Shown: in pieces, positions 1-10,069 of the stretch
How positions within the stretch are numbered: the stretch's first letter is position 1
How the letters are laid out: every line of letters begins with the position of its first letter
Assembly (NCBI RefSeq): GCF_044704955.1
Contig: NW_027254532.1
Span: forward strand, 124,001 to 188,000
Length of the DNA: 64,000 nucleotides
Origin: Pristiophorus japonicus
Lineage: Eukaryota
Direction: 5' to 3'
Notes under the pieces: generated by a model
The model's input: only the letters and a program-made list of their open reading frames with translations
What the model was told of the DNA's origin: nothing
Databases searched by the model: none
Program-made: the position numbers and the translations under genes

Positions 1-227
1 TGTCCCACTAACTCACTGATTTGTTGGTATTGCCACTGCTCCCATTTATTCACTGATGCTCACAACTCCATTCGTTTTCGAACCAGAATTTGGGGTTTGC
101 AGTTCTCCGTGTGTTTAATCCGGTCCGCCAATACTTGGAGAAGCTGGGCTCCCCCTCGCTGTTTGCCGAGTGTGTTTGTGGCTGCACAAATCCAATTGTG
201 GGCTGCAGCCCGACCCATTCAATGAGA

Positions 228-527
228 ACAACTTGTATTTATAGTGCCTTTAACGTAATAAACCCTCACAAGGTGCTTCTCAGGAACGGTATCAGACACA
301 ATTTGACACCGAGCCACATGAACAGATATTAAGCCAGGTGAAGAGGTCGGGTTTAAGGAGTGACCGAAAGGAAGTAGAGGTGGAGAGGTTTAGGGAGGGA
401 ATGCCACAGCTTCGGGCCCAGACAGCTGAAGGCACGGCCACCAGAATGGTGGGGCGAAGGAAGTGGGGGATGCACAAGAGGCCAGAATTAGAGTGCAGAG
501 TTCCCGGAGGGTTGAAGGGCTGGAGGA
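228..527 (-). mobile_element. L2-type LINE 3' fragment
   Basis: Starts with ACAACTTGTATTTATAGTGCCTTTAACGTAATAAA...AAGGTGCTTCTCAGG, recognised as the reverse complement of the conserved L2 3' tail. It continues into GAGAGGTTTAGGGAGGGAAT...CAGCTGAAGGCACGGCCACCA, typical of shark L2 3' regions. Recognised by eye. Confidence 0.65.
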
Positions 528-2600
528 CCCCCGACCGTGTTCATCCCCTCCCCCTCCCCCTCCCCCGACCGTGTTCTCCCCTCCCCCGACCGCGTTCTCC
601 CCTCCCCCGACCGTGTTCTCCCCTCCCCCGACCGTGTTCTCCCCTCCCCCTCCCCCGACCGTGTTCACCCCCTCCCCCTCCCCCGACCATGTTCAACCCC
701 TCCCCCTCCCCCGACCGTGATCACCCCCTCCCCCTCCCCCGACCGTGTTCACCCCTCCCCCGACCGTGATCACCCCCTCCCCCTCCCCCGACCGTGTTCA
801 CCCCCTCCCCGACCGTGATCACCGCCTCCCCCTCCCCCGACCGTGTTCACCCCATCCCCCTCCCCCGACCGTGTTCACCCCCTCCCCCTCCCCCGACCGT
901 GATCACCGCCTCCCCCTCCCCCGACCGTGCTCTCCCCCTCCCCCGACCGTGATCACCCCCTCCCCCTCCCCCGACCGTGTTCACCCCTCCCCCTCCCCCG
1001 ACCGTGTTCACCCCCTCCCCCTCCCCCGACCGTGATCACCGCCTCCCCCTCCCCCGACCGTGCTCTCCCCCTCCCCCGACCGTGTTCACCCCCTCCCCCT
1101 CCCCCGACCGTGATCACCCCCACCCCCTCCCCCGACCGTGTTCTCTCCTCCCCCTCCCCCGACCGTGATCACCCCCACCCCCTCCCCCGACCGTGTTCTC
1201 TCCTCCCCCTCCCCCGACCGTGATCACCCCCTCCCCCTCCCGTTGTTCATCCCCTCCCCCGACCGTGTTCACCCCCTCCCTCTCCCCCTCCAGAGTTCAC
1301 CCCCTCCCCCTCCCCCTCCAGAGTTCACCCCCTCCCCCTCCCCCTCCAGAGTTCACTCCCTCCCCCGACCGTGTTCACCCCCTCGCCCTCCCCCAACCGT
1401 GTTCACCCCCACCCCATCCCCCTCCCCCGACTGTGCTCTCCCCCTCCCCCGACCATGTTCACCCCCTGCCCGTCCCCCGACCGTGCTCTCCCCCTCCCCC
1501 GACCGTGTTCACCCCCTCCCCCTCCCCCGACCGTGTTCACCCCTCCCCCTCCCCCTCCCCCGACCGTGTTCACCCCCTCCCCCTCCCCCGACCGTCTTCA
1601 CCCCCTCCCCCTCCCCCTCCCACGACCCTGTTCATCCCCTCCCCCGACCGTGTTCATCCCCTCCCCCTCCCCCGACCGTGTTCACCCCCTCCCCCTCCCC
1701 CTCCCCCGACCGTGTTCACCCCCTCCCCCTCCCCCGACCGTCTTCACCCCCTCCCCCGCCCTCGACCGTGTTCACCCCTCCCCCTCCCCCTCCCCCGACC
1801 GTGTCACCCCCTCCCCCGCCCTCGACCGTGTTCACCCCCTCGCCCTGCCCCCCCCAACCGTGTTCATCCCTCCCCCTCCCCCGACCGTGTTCACCCCCTC
1901 CCCATCCCCAACCGTGTTCACCCCTCCCCCTCCCCCTCCCCCGACCGTGTTCACCCCCTCCCCCTCCCCCGACCGTGGTCACCCCTCCCCCTCCCACGAC
2001 CGTGTTCACCCCCTCCCCCTCCCCCGACCATGTTCACCAGCTCCCCCTCCTCCGGCAGTGTACACCCCCTCCCCCGCTCCTGACCATGTTCATCCCATCC
2101 CTCTCCCCCGACCGTGTTCACCCCCTCCCCCTCCCCGACCGTGTTCACCCCCTCCCCCTCCCCCGACCGTGTTCACCCCCTCCCCCGACCGTGTTCACCC
2201 CCTCCCCCCTCCCCCGACCGTGTTCACCCCCTCCCCCGACCGTGTTCACCCCCTCCCCCTCCCCGACCGTGTTCACCCCCTCCCCTCCCCGACCGTGTTC
2301 ACCCCCTCCCCCTTCCACGACCCTGTTCATCCCCTCCCCCTCCCCCGACCGTGTTCACCCCCTCCCCCGACACTGTTCTCCCCCGACCGTGTTCACCCCC
2401 TCCCCCTCCCCCGACCGTGTTCACCCCATCCCCCTCCCCCGACCATGTTCACCCCCTCCCCCTCCCCCGACCGTGTTCACCCCATCACCCCCCCGATCGT
2501 GTTCACCCTCTCCCCCTCCCCTGACAGTGTTCACCCCCTCCCCCGACCGTGTTCACTCCCCCTCCCCCTTCCCTGACCATTTTCACCATCCCCCCTCCCC
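528..2600. repeat. C-rich minisatellite, variable ~22-34 bp unit (CCCCTCCCCCTCCCCCGACCGTGTTCA)
   Basis: Directly visible tandem repeat with a constant GACCGTGTTCA core and a variable number of CCCCCT hexamers. Confidence 0.97.
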
Positions 2601-2607
2601 TGGCGGC

Positions 2608-3058
2608 AAGCAGTGAGTAGCATGGTATGGGGCAGTGGGGAAGCAGTGAGTAGCATGGTATGGGGCAGTGGGGAAGCAGTGAGTAGCATGGTATGGGGCA
2701 GTGGGGAACGCAGTGAGTAGCATGGTATGGGGCAGTGGGGAAGCAGTGAGTAGCATGGTATGGGGCAGTGGGGAACGCAGTGAGTAGCATGTTATGGAGC
2801 AGTGGGGAAGCAGTGAGTAGCATGGTATGGGGCAGTGGGCAAGCAGTGAGTAGCATGGTATGGGGCAGTGGGGAACGCAGTGAGTAGCATGTTATGGAGC
2901 AGTGGGGAAGCAGTGAGTAGCATGGTATGGGGCAGTGGGGAAGCAGTGAGTAGCATGGTATGGGGCAGTGGGGAAGCAGTGAGTAGCATGGTATGGGGCA
3001 GTGGGGAAGGCAGTGAGTAGCATGGTATGGGGCAGTGGGGAAGCAGTGAGTAGCGTGG
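2608..3058. repeat. 33-34 bp minisatellite (AAGCAGTGAGTAGCATGGTATGGGGCAGTGGGG), ~13-14 copies
   Basis: CAGTGAG recurs at 2611 and 2644 and onward with a 33-bp period. Copies are near-identical. Confidence 0.97.
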
Positions 3059-3116
3059 CAGGGGGCTGTCATGTTTGACCATGAACCACCTTGCCCCCAT
3101 CAGTACCCCTCCCCTT

Positions 3117-3321
3117 TGTTATGATCTGGAGTGCACTGCCTGAAAGTGCGGTGGAACCAGATTCAATAACAACTTTCAAAAGGAAATTGGATAAATACTT
3201 GAAAAGGAAAATTCTGCAAGGCTATGGGGAGAGAGCAGGGGATGGGAGTAATTGAATAGTTCTTGCAAAGGGCCAGCACAGGTACCATGGGCCGAATGGC
3301 CGCATCCTGTGTATGTTTCTA
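3117..3321 (+). mobile_element. CR1-type LINE 3' end (5'-truncated)
   Basis: ATCTGGAGTGCACTGCCTGAAAG...TTCAAAAGGAAATTGGATAAATACTTG (ORF2 C-terminus, W-x-A-L-P...F-K-R-K-L-D-K-Y-L), then the 3' UTR ATGGGCCGAATGGCC and a TATGTTTCTAT tail. Confidence 0.8.
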
Positions 3322-3980
3322 TCTGAGACCCAATTATACCAAAGGCCAGGAGCCAGGTTTACAACTTTATAATTGCTAAATTTAAAGAGATGAGGGAAGG
3401 ATTGAGACAAATGGATTGGAGGATTGACCCTGATTCAGAAACCATCATTCTAATTGGTCAAGTGGCTGCCAATGTGGAACTAAGGGAGGGGCGGTGGACA
3501 AGGGAAGACACATATAATGGAACTTTGAAAAGATAAATTGCAGATAGTGAGCAATTGAAATAGCTGTTCCAATGGGAGTTTGTTAGCTGCCACGTTCGGG
3601 GGGAATGGAGTGAGCCAATGGTACCTACTGAAGGGAGTCACTGTTGTACATCCCTGTGCTGTGAAGGGATTCTCTCTTTAAATAACACATTTATTGTATT
3701 GGGAATGGAAAGATCTCCTGCTGAAACTGCTCCCCTTTATTTACTGTATCGCTCAGGTTTTCAGAATGCAAATTAAAAATCAGATTTGACCACAGGTTAA
3801 ACAGCAGCATGACCAGTGTTTCATTCTTCTCATTCTACTCACACTCTGCGTTTCGTATAAGTCTTTTATTTATTTTATTTCTCCCATTCGGCCTCCTTTT
3901 GTCTTCTGCACAAATCACTTCTGCCCTTTAATCTTTTCCAGATCCCCACCGGAGCACTTCACAGGTCATTCTCTGGGGTC

Positions 3981-5590
3981 TTTAACCTGGAGTGGGTCTT
4001 GGGGAGTGGTCTCTCTGCACCTCCCCGGCCTTGTATAAAAACCGCTGGTCGATTTTAACCCGGAGTGGGTCTTGGGGAGTGGTCTCTCTACACCTCCCGG
4101 GTCTGTATAAATACTGCTGGTCGATTTTAACCCGGAGTGGGTCTTGGGGAGTGATCTCTGCACCTCCCGGGTCTGTATAAATACTGCCGGTCGATTTTAA
4201 CCAGGACTGAGTCTTGGGGAGTGATCTCTGCACCTCCCGGGTCTGTATAAAGACCGCCGGTCGATTTTAACCCGGAGTGGGTCTTGGGGAGTGATCTCTG
4301 CACCTCCCGGGTCTGTATAAATACTGCCGGTCGATTTTAACCCAGAGTGGGTCTTGGGGAGTGGTCTTTCTGCACCTCCCGGGTCTGTATAAATACCGCC
4401 GGTCAATTTTAACCCGGAGTGGGTTTGGGGAGTGGTCTCTGCACCTCCCGGGTCTGTATAAATACTGCCAGTCGATTTTAACCTGGAGTGGGTCTTGGGG
4501 AGTGATCTCTGCACCTCACGGGTCTGTATAAAGACCGCCGGTCGATTTTAACCCGGAGTGGGTCTTGGGGAGTGATCTCTGCACCTCCCGGGTCTGTATA
4601 AATACTGCCGGTCGATTTTAACCCAGAGTGGGTCTTGGGGAGTGGTCTTTCTGCACCTCCCGGGTCTGTATAAATACCGCCGGTCAATTTTAACCCGGAG
4701 TGGGTTTGGGGAGTGGTCTCTGCACCTCCCGGGTCTGTATAAATACTGCCGGTCGATTTTAACCCAGAGTGGGTTTGGGGAGTGGTCTCTGCACCTCCCG
4801 GGTCTGTATAAATACCGCCGGTCAATTTTAACCCGGAGTGGGTTTGGGGAGTGGTCTCTGCACCTCCCGGGTCTGTATAAATACCGCTGGTCGATTTTAA
4901 CCCAGAGTGGGTCTTGGGGAGTGATCTCTGCACCTCCCGGGTCTGTATAAATACCGCCGGTCGATTTTAACCCAGAGTGGGTCTTGGGGAGTGATGTCTG
5001 CACCTCCCGGGTCTGTATAAATACCGCCGGTCGATTTTAACCCAGAGTGGGTCTTGGGGAGTGATCTCTGCACCTCCCGGGTCTGTATAAATACCGCCGG
5101 TCGATTTTAACCCGGAGTCGGTCTTGGGGAGTGATCTCTGCACCTCCCGGGTCTGTATAAATACCGCCGGTCGATTTTAACCCAGAGTGGGTCTTGGGGA
5201 GTGATCTCTGCACCTCCCGGGTCTGTATAAATACCGCCGGTCGATTTTAACCCAGAGTGGGTCTTGGGGAGTGGTCTTTCTGCACCTCCCGGGTCTGTAT
5301 AAATACCGCCGGTCGATTTTAACCCAGAGTGGGTCTTGGGGAGTGATCTCTGCACCTCCCGGGTCTGTATAAATACCGCCGGTCGATTTTAACCCAGAGT
5401 GGGTCTTGGGGAGTGGTCTTTCTGCACCTCCCGGGTCTGTATAAATACCGCCGGTCGATTTTAACCCAGAGTGGGTCTTGGGGAGTGATCTCTGCACCTC
5501 CCGGGTCTGTATAAATACCGCCGGTCGATTTTAACCCAGAGTGGGTCTTGGGGAGTGATCTCTGCACCTCCCGGGTCTGTATAAAGACTG
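3981..5590. repeat. ~70 bp minisatellite (TTAACCCGGAGTGGGTCTTGGGGAGTGATCTCTGCACCTCCCGGGTCTGTATAAATACCGCCGGTCGATT), ~23 copies
   Basis: GTCTGTATAA occurs at 4171, 4241 and 4311 (period 70). Variant units are 69-72 bp. Confidence 0.97.
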
Positions 5591-5756
5591 CCGCCCACTC
5601 CAGGCTGGGAAGAGGGCACAGAGTGTCTGCTGGAGATGATGATCCGGTGGCCCCTGGCGGCCCGACAACTTCCAGGTAAATGGGGGAAGTGGGTTGGAGT
5701 TTGGGGCAAGGGGGATTTGTGGCCGCACAAAGGAGATTTTTTGACTTGCCTTGGAT

Positions 5757-6694
5757 GGGGGGGGGGGGGACTGTGGATTCAGCAGGGGTCGGGGGGGAGG
5801 AACTGTGGATTCGCGGAGAGGGGGAGAGTGTGCATTCAGCGGGGGCGGGGGGCGTAGTGGACTCGGGGGGTAGGGGGGAGTGTGTGGATTGAGCGGGGGT
5901 GGGGTGAGGTGGACTCGGGGTGGGGGGGGGGGGAGTGTGGATTGAGCGGGGGTGGGAGGAGGTGTGGACTCGGGGTGGGGGGGGGTGGATTGAGCGGGGG
6001 CGGGGGTGTGGTGGACTCGGGGGGTGGGGGGGAGTGTGGATTGAGCGGGGGTGGGGGGAGGGGTGCACTCGGGGGGTGGGGGGAGAGTGTGGATTGAGCG
6101 GGGGTCGGGGGTGTGGGGTGGGTGGGTGTGTGGGGTGTGGGGGGGGTGTGGGTGGGGGGGGGGTGGGGGGGTGTGGTGGGGGGTGGGGGTGTGGGTGGGG
6201 GGAGCGGGGGTGGGGGGATGTGGACTCAGGGGGTGGGGGGAGTGTGGATTGAGCGGGGGTGGGGGGAGGTGGACTCGGGGGGTGGGGGGAGTGTGGATTG
6301 ACCGGGGGGAGGTGGACTCGGGGGGTGGGGGGAGTGTGGATTGAGCGGGGATGGGGGGAGGTGGACTCAGGGGGTGGGGGGAGTGTGGATTGAGCGGGGG
6401 TGGGGGGGTGTGGACTCAGGGGGTGGGGGTGGGGGGGGGGTGGGGGGTGGTGGGTGGGGTGGGGGGGGGTGGTGTGGGGGGTGGGGTGGGGGGGGAGTGT
6501 GGATTGAGCGGGGACGGGGGGGAGGTGGACTCGGGGGGTGGGGGGAGAGTGTGGATTGAGCGGGGACGGGGGGGAGGTGGACTCGGGGGGTGGGGGGAGA
6601 GTGTGGATTGAGCGGGGACGGGGGAGGTGGACTCGGGGGGTGGGGGGAGAGTGTGGATTGAGCGGGGACGGGGGAGGTGGACTCGGGGGGGTGG
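5757..6694. repeat. G-rich minisatellite, ~55-60 bp unit (GTGGACTCG(n)...GAGTGTGGATTGAGCG(n))
   Basis: Recurrent GTGGACTCGGGG and GTGTGGATTGAGCGGGG motifs separated by variable G/T tracts. Confidence 0.93.
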
Positions 6695-6713
6695 GATAGA
6701 TAGATAGATAGAT
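6695..6713. repeat. (GATA)n microsatellite
   Basis: GATAGATAGATAGATAGAT at the junction with the CR1 fragment. Confidence 0.85.
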
Positions 6714-6863
6714 TTTTAACCAATAAGGGAATTAAGGGTTATGGGGAGCGGGTGGATAAGTGGAGCTGAGTCCACGGCCAGATCAGCCATGATCTTGTTG
6801 GATGGCGGAGCAGGCTCGAGGGGCTAGATGGCCTACTCCTGTTCCTAATTCTTATGTTCTTAT
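6705..6863 (+). mobile_element. CR1-type LINE 3' end
   Basis: AGATCAGCCATGATCTTGTTGGATGGCGGAGCAGGCTCGAGGGGCTAGATGGCCTACTCCTG followed by a (TTCTTATG)n tail, the shark CR1 3' UTR pattern. Confidence 0.85.
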
Positions 6864-6869
6864 TAATAT

Positions 6870-7196
6870 TGGGGAGGTCTGGAACCAGGTATCACAGTCT
6901 GGGGATAAGGGGTGGGCCATTTAGGACCGAGATGAGGAGAAACTTGTTCACCCGGAGAGTGGTGAACCTGTAGAATTCTCTACCACAGAGAGTTGTTGGG
7001 GCCAATTCACTAGATATATTCAAAAAGGAGTTAGATGTAGTCATTACTACTGGGGGGATCGGGGGGGTATGGGGAGAAAGCAGGAATGGGGTACTGAAGT
7101 TGCATGTTCAGCCATGAACTCATTGAATGGCGGTGCAGGCTCGAAGGGTCGAATGGCCTGCTCCTGCACCTATTTTCTATGTTTCTATGTTTCTAT
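6870..7196 (+). mobile_element. CR1-type LINE 3' end (second copy)
   Basis: ORF2 C-terminal remnant (F-R-T-E-M-R-R-N-L-F-T-R-R-V-V-N-L), then the 3' UTR CAGCCATGAACTCATTGAATGGCGGTGCAGGCTCGAAGGGTCGAATGGCCT and a (TTTCTATG)n tail. Confidence 0.88.
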
Positions 7197-7583
7197 CTCC
7201 GCTCTGCATGCATTTGGGAACTTACTTCGGCTTGCCAGTCGCCGGAGGTCTGCCACGAAGTCTGGAACACTTTGCCCTTCTCGTTGCCGGTGCATGTAAA
7301 ACCGGTGTCTCGCCATGTGCATGCTGCTCGCCGGCTTAAAGTGTTCCCTGATCAACTTACTGAGCTCTTGAAAAGTCTTGTCTGCCGGCTTCTCTGGCGC
7401 TAGGATGTACTTCATCAGGGAGTACGTCCTGGATCCACAAACCATCAGGAGATGAGCCCTGCGTTTGTCGGCCGAATCCTGTCCCAACCATTCCTTAGTG
7501 ATGAAACTTTGCTGTAGTCTCTCAATAAAGTCGTCCCAATCATCACCAACACAGTACCTCTCTTCTGTGCTGCTCGTGGCCAT
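7197..7583 (-). pseudogene. gag: Gypsy gag N-terminal fragment, truncated at the CR1 tail
   Basis: MATSSTEERYCVGDDWDDFIERLQQSF...KRRAHLLMVCGSRTYSLMK...LAPEKPADKTFQEL...HFKP...ARHRFY.HRQREGQSVPDFVADLRRLA is typical of K02A2.6/Mag-like Gypsy gag. The ATG lies just downstream of the PBS. Confidence 0.85.
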
Positions 7584-7849
7584 GCTCGCATGGTTTAAAT
7601 CCCAGTTTCTCGTCGCCAATGATATGCCCTTATTATACAGTACAAATACACACGAGGCCCATACTTGAGAGAGGGTCACTCTGTGACCAGTAACCTTTAT
7701 TAGCCAGCACTCAAGTGATGAAGGTGGGTGGAGTTTCCCCTTTTATACCTGGAAGTCCAGATTCGGAGTGTCTCCCACAAGTTCACCACCTAGTGGTCAA
7801 TGTTCTCACGGTGTATACATGTGTTACAATGACAATTGAATACATGACA
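7197..7849 (-). mobile_element. Truncated Ty3/Gypsy LTR retrotransposon: 5' LTR, PBS and gag N-terminus
   Basis: LTR at 7620-7849 reads TGTCATG...CATATCA on the minus strand and contains TATAAAAG and AATAAA. The PBS TGGCGACGAG (7618-7609) follows one base later and is complementary to the 3' end of tRNA-Ser(GCT). The gag ORF follows. Confidence 0.88.
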
Positions 7850-8263
7850 AATGTAACGTGAAATTCTGTCGTATTATGATCACTCTGCCCCACAGGATCC
7901 TTTACGATGAGATTGCTAATTAACCCTGTCTCATTGCACAATACAAGATCTAAAGTAACCTGTTCCCTGGTTGGTTCCATGACGTATTGTTCTAGGAAAG
8001 TGTCCCGAATGCATTCCATGAACTCATCCTCCAGACTACCTTCACCAATTTGATTTATCCAGTCTATATGAAGATTAAAGTCCTCCACGATTATTGCATT
8101 ACCTTTGTTACAAGTTCATACTATTCTTGATTAATATTCTGTCCAACAGTATAGCTAGTGTTAGGGGGCCTATATACTACTCCCACCAGTGTTTTCTGCC
8201 CCTTGTTATTCCTTACCTTCACCCAGACTGATTCTACTTCCTGATCGTCTGACCCAAAATCCT
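7850..8263 (-). mobile_element. CR1 ORF2 AP-endonuclease fragment (C-terminal part)
   Basis: ORF 7783-8088 reads xDFNLHIDW...F.ECIRDTFLEQYV.EPTR...LDLVLCNETGLISNL.VKDP.GQSDHN, containing the (G)DFN, LDL and SDH endonuclease motifs. It is cut by the LTR right after SDH. Confidence 0.9.
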
Positions 8264-8265
8264 GT

Positions 8266-9011
8266 GGCATCGAAACTTCCCCTTCCCTTAAGGCCTGTTA
8301 CCGCTGGAAATCAGCGGCCACACTGCGGTATCCCGGCGGTGACCCGCTCCCCACCCAGCGTTCTGCTGCTGCCGACCCGTCCTAAGCCCGATCTTCCCAC
8401 CTCCCCGTGGGTGAAATTCAGCCGGAAATATCTTGCTCCCGCTGCGCGGTGCCAAAAGCTGCTTTTTTCTGCTGGTGCAGTGAGGCTGTAGTCCTTGTAA
8501 AATGGTGGTGTGTCTCCCATTAAAGGGGAGGACCCACTGCCGCTGCCACCATGCTTTTTTTCTGTCAGCCGACTGCCATGTCAGTCCGACAATTATGTCC
8601 CGGGTTCGGCCGGGCCACCAACAGGCAGCCTGGCACGCACTACTTCTTGGGTGCCAGGCCACTGGCCCGGCCGAAACCCTCCTGGTGGCCCAGTGGACTG
8701 AACTTAAAGAATCGCAGCGGCCCTCCCCTTTACCTGAAGGAGGGAGCCGAGGTGATGTGGCACCGTGATGACGTTATCTGCGTCACGCTGATGACTGACA
8801 GCGTCGGTTACTCTGCCCGCCCCCAACTTCCACTCCTCAAGTCCGAACTTCCGCTCATTGCCGCATAACCCTCATTATTACCGACTTCTTGTCCGCCGGA
8901 AAAACACAAAAACATTGAATTTTGCTCGAGGCCACCGCATTCACTTCGCCGGTAAATACAAGAGAAGCAGGGCAGGTGTGCCCCGTTTCCAGCAGTGGGT
9001 ATTTTAGTCCC
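8266..9011. mobile_element. GC-rich non-autonomous DNA element (MITE-like), copy 1, nested in CR1
   Basis: Shares the core TTAAAGGGGAGG...GGTTCGGCCGGGCC...TCTTGGGTGCCAGGCC.CTGGCCC.GCC.AAA...CCTGGTGGCCCAGTG with copy 2, and in part with copy 3. CR1 sequence resumes on both sides. TIRs are degenerate and the boundaries are approximate. Confidence 0.65.
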
Positions 9012-9440
9012 TTTCTCTCTTGTGTCCTTATATCATCCTTTATTATCAGGGTTACCCCCACTCCTTTACCATTCAGCCTGTCTTTTCAAAACGTCAAGTA
9101 CCCTGGGTCATTTAGTTCCCAACCTCGGTCACCTTGCAACCATGTCTCTGTAATGGCTATTAGATCAAACCCATTTATCTCTATTTGTGCCACTCCTTCA
9201 TTTATCTTATTATGAATGCTCCATGCATTCAGATAAAGAGCCTTTAATGTAATTTTTTATCGTTATTCCCTACTTTGACCTTAAACTCTGTCCTTTCCTG
9301 TCACACTCTGCCTATTTTTATCCAAATCGCTACACTGCTCTATTGCATCTTTATCTTTAGATCTCTAAATTTCCCCTCACATGACTCCTGCCCCCACTCC
9401 CCGCCATTTTTTAGTTTAGTTTGAAGCCCTATTTACAGCC
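9012..9440 (-). mobile_element. CR1 ORF2 N-terminal endonuclease region (continuation of 7850-8263)
   Basis: The minus strand encodes LNAWSI...DLIAITETWLQGD.GWELN.PGY...DRLNGKG.GVTLIIKDDI, matching the CR1 endonuclease start (ITETW, DR..G.GGGV motifs), with stops. Confidence 0.85.
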
Positions 9441-10069
9441 ACTTGTGGAGGAAGTTAAAGCAAACCCAGAACAATACTTTCAGATATAACCAGGGCAGGA
9501 GGGCACAGTCAGGATTGTAAAGGCCAAGTTCAGGACTCAGTTATTTGAAGACGGTGATCAAAAGCTGGAACAGGTTCCCAGGCGAGGCCAGAACACGGGA
9601 CAGGTTTACAAACCGCTGGACGCTGCAATGGGACGATGGTAGTATTGGAATTCTGGAAGGATGAAACGAAGTGGACCGAGAGCCTTCTGTATCTGAACCT
9701 ACATCAGAATCTGGTGTTGGGTATCGCAAAATATCACTAAAACTGGCAACTTTTTCCTGATTTTCTGATCCTTTTAATACCAACCTCCGTGGTAAAGGCA
9801 GCAAAGAACATATCCACAGCAGGAGTTCTGAGTTCAGTTGCAGTGTGTGTGTTTTTGGGCTGCCTGTTCACACTGGGATTGTTGGTCAGTACAGGGCAAT
9901 GTGGGACAGCTAAGCTCAGGATATGTTTGAACAACTCGGCTACAAATTACTGATCACACACAATATCCATTCGCAAACAGACAGGAGATTTTATAATCGC
10001 TTCAGTTTCAAGTTATTACTTTATGCTGTTCCTCATCTGTTCTGATCATCAGTTATTTACTATTCACAG

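Noticed and set aside
338-2616. Extensin/formin-like proline-rich ORFs
   Set aside because: These are translations of the C-rich minisatellite, open in all plus frames with length-variable units.
3942-5675. Exon with an internal minisatellite (acceptor at 3941, CAG|GTAAAT donor at 5675)
   Set aside because: The units contain stops and are not a multiple of 3. The collapsed sequence encodes nothing recognisable.
8788-8794. Hammerhead ribozyme core (CTGATGA)
   Set aside because: No suitably placed GAAA or stems were visible, and none of the satellite units contains the core.
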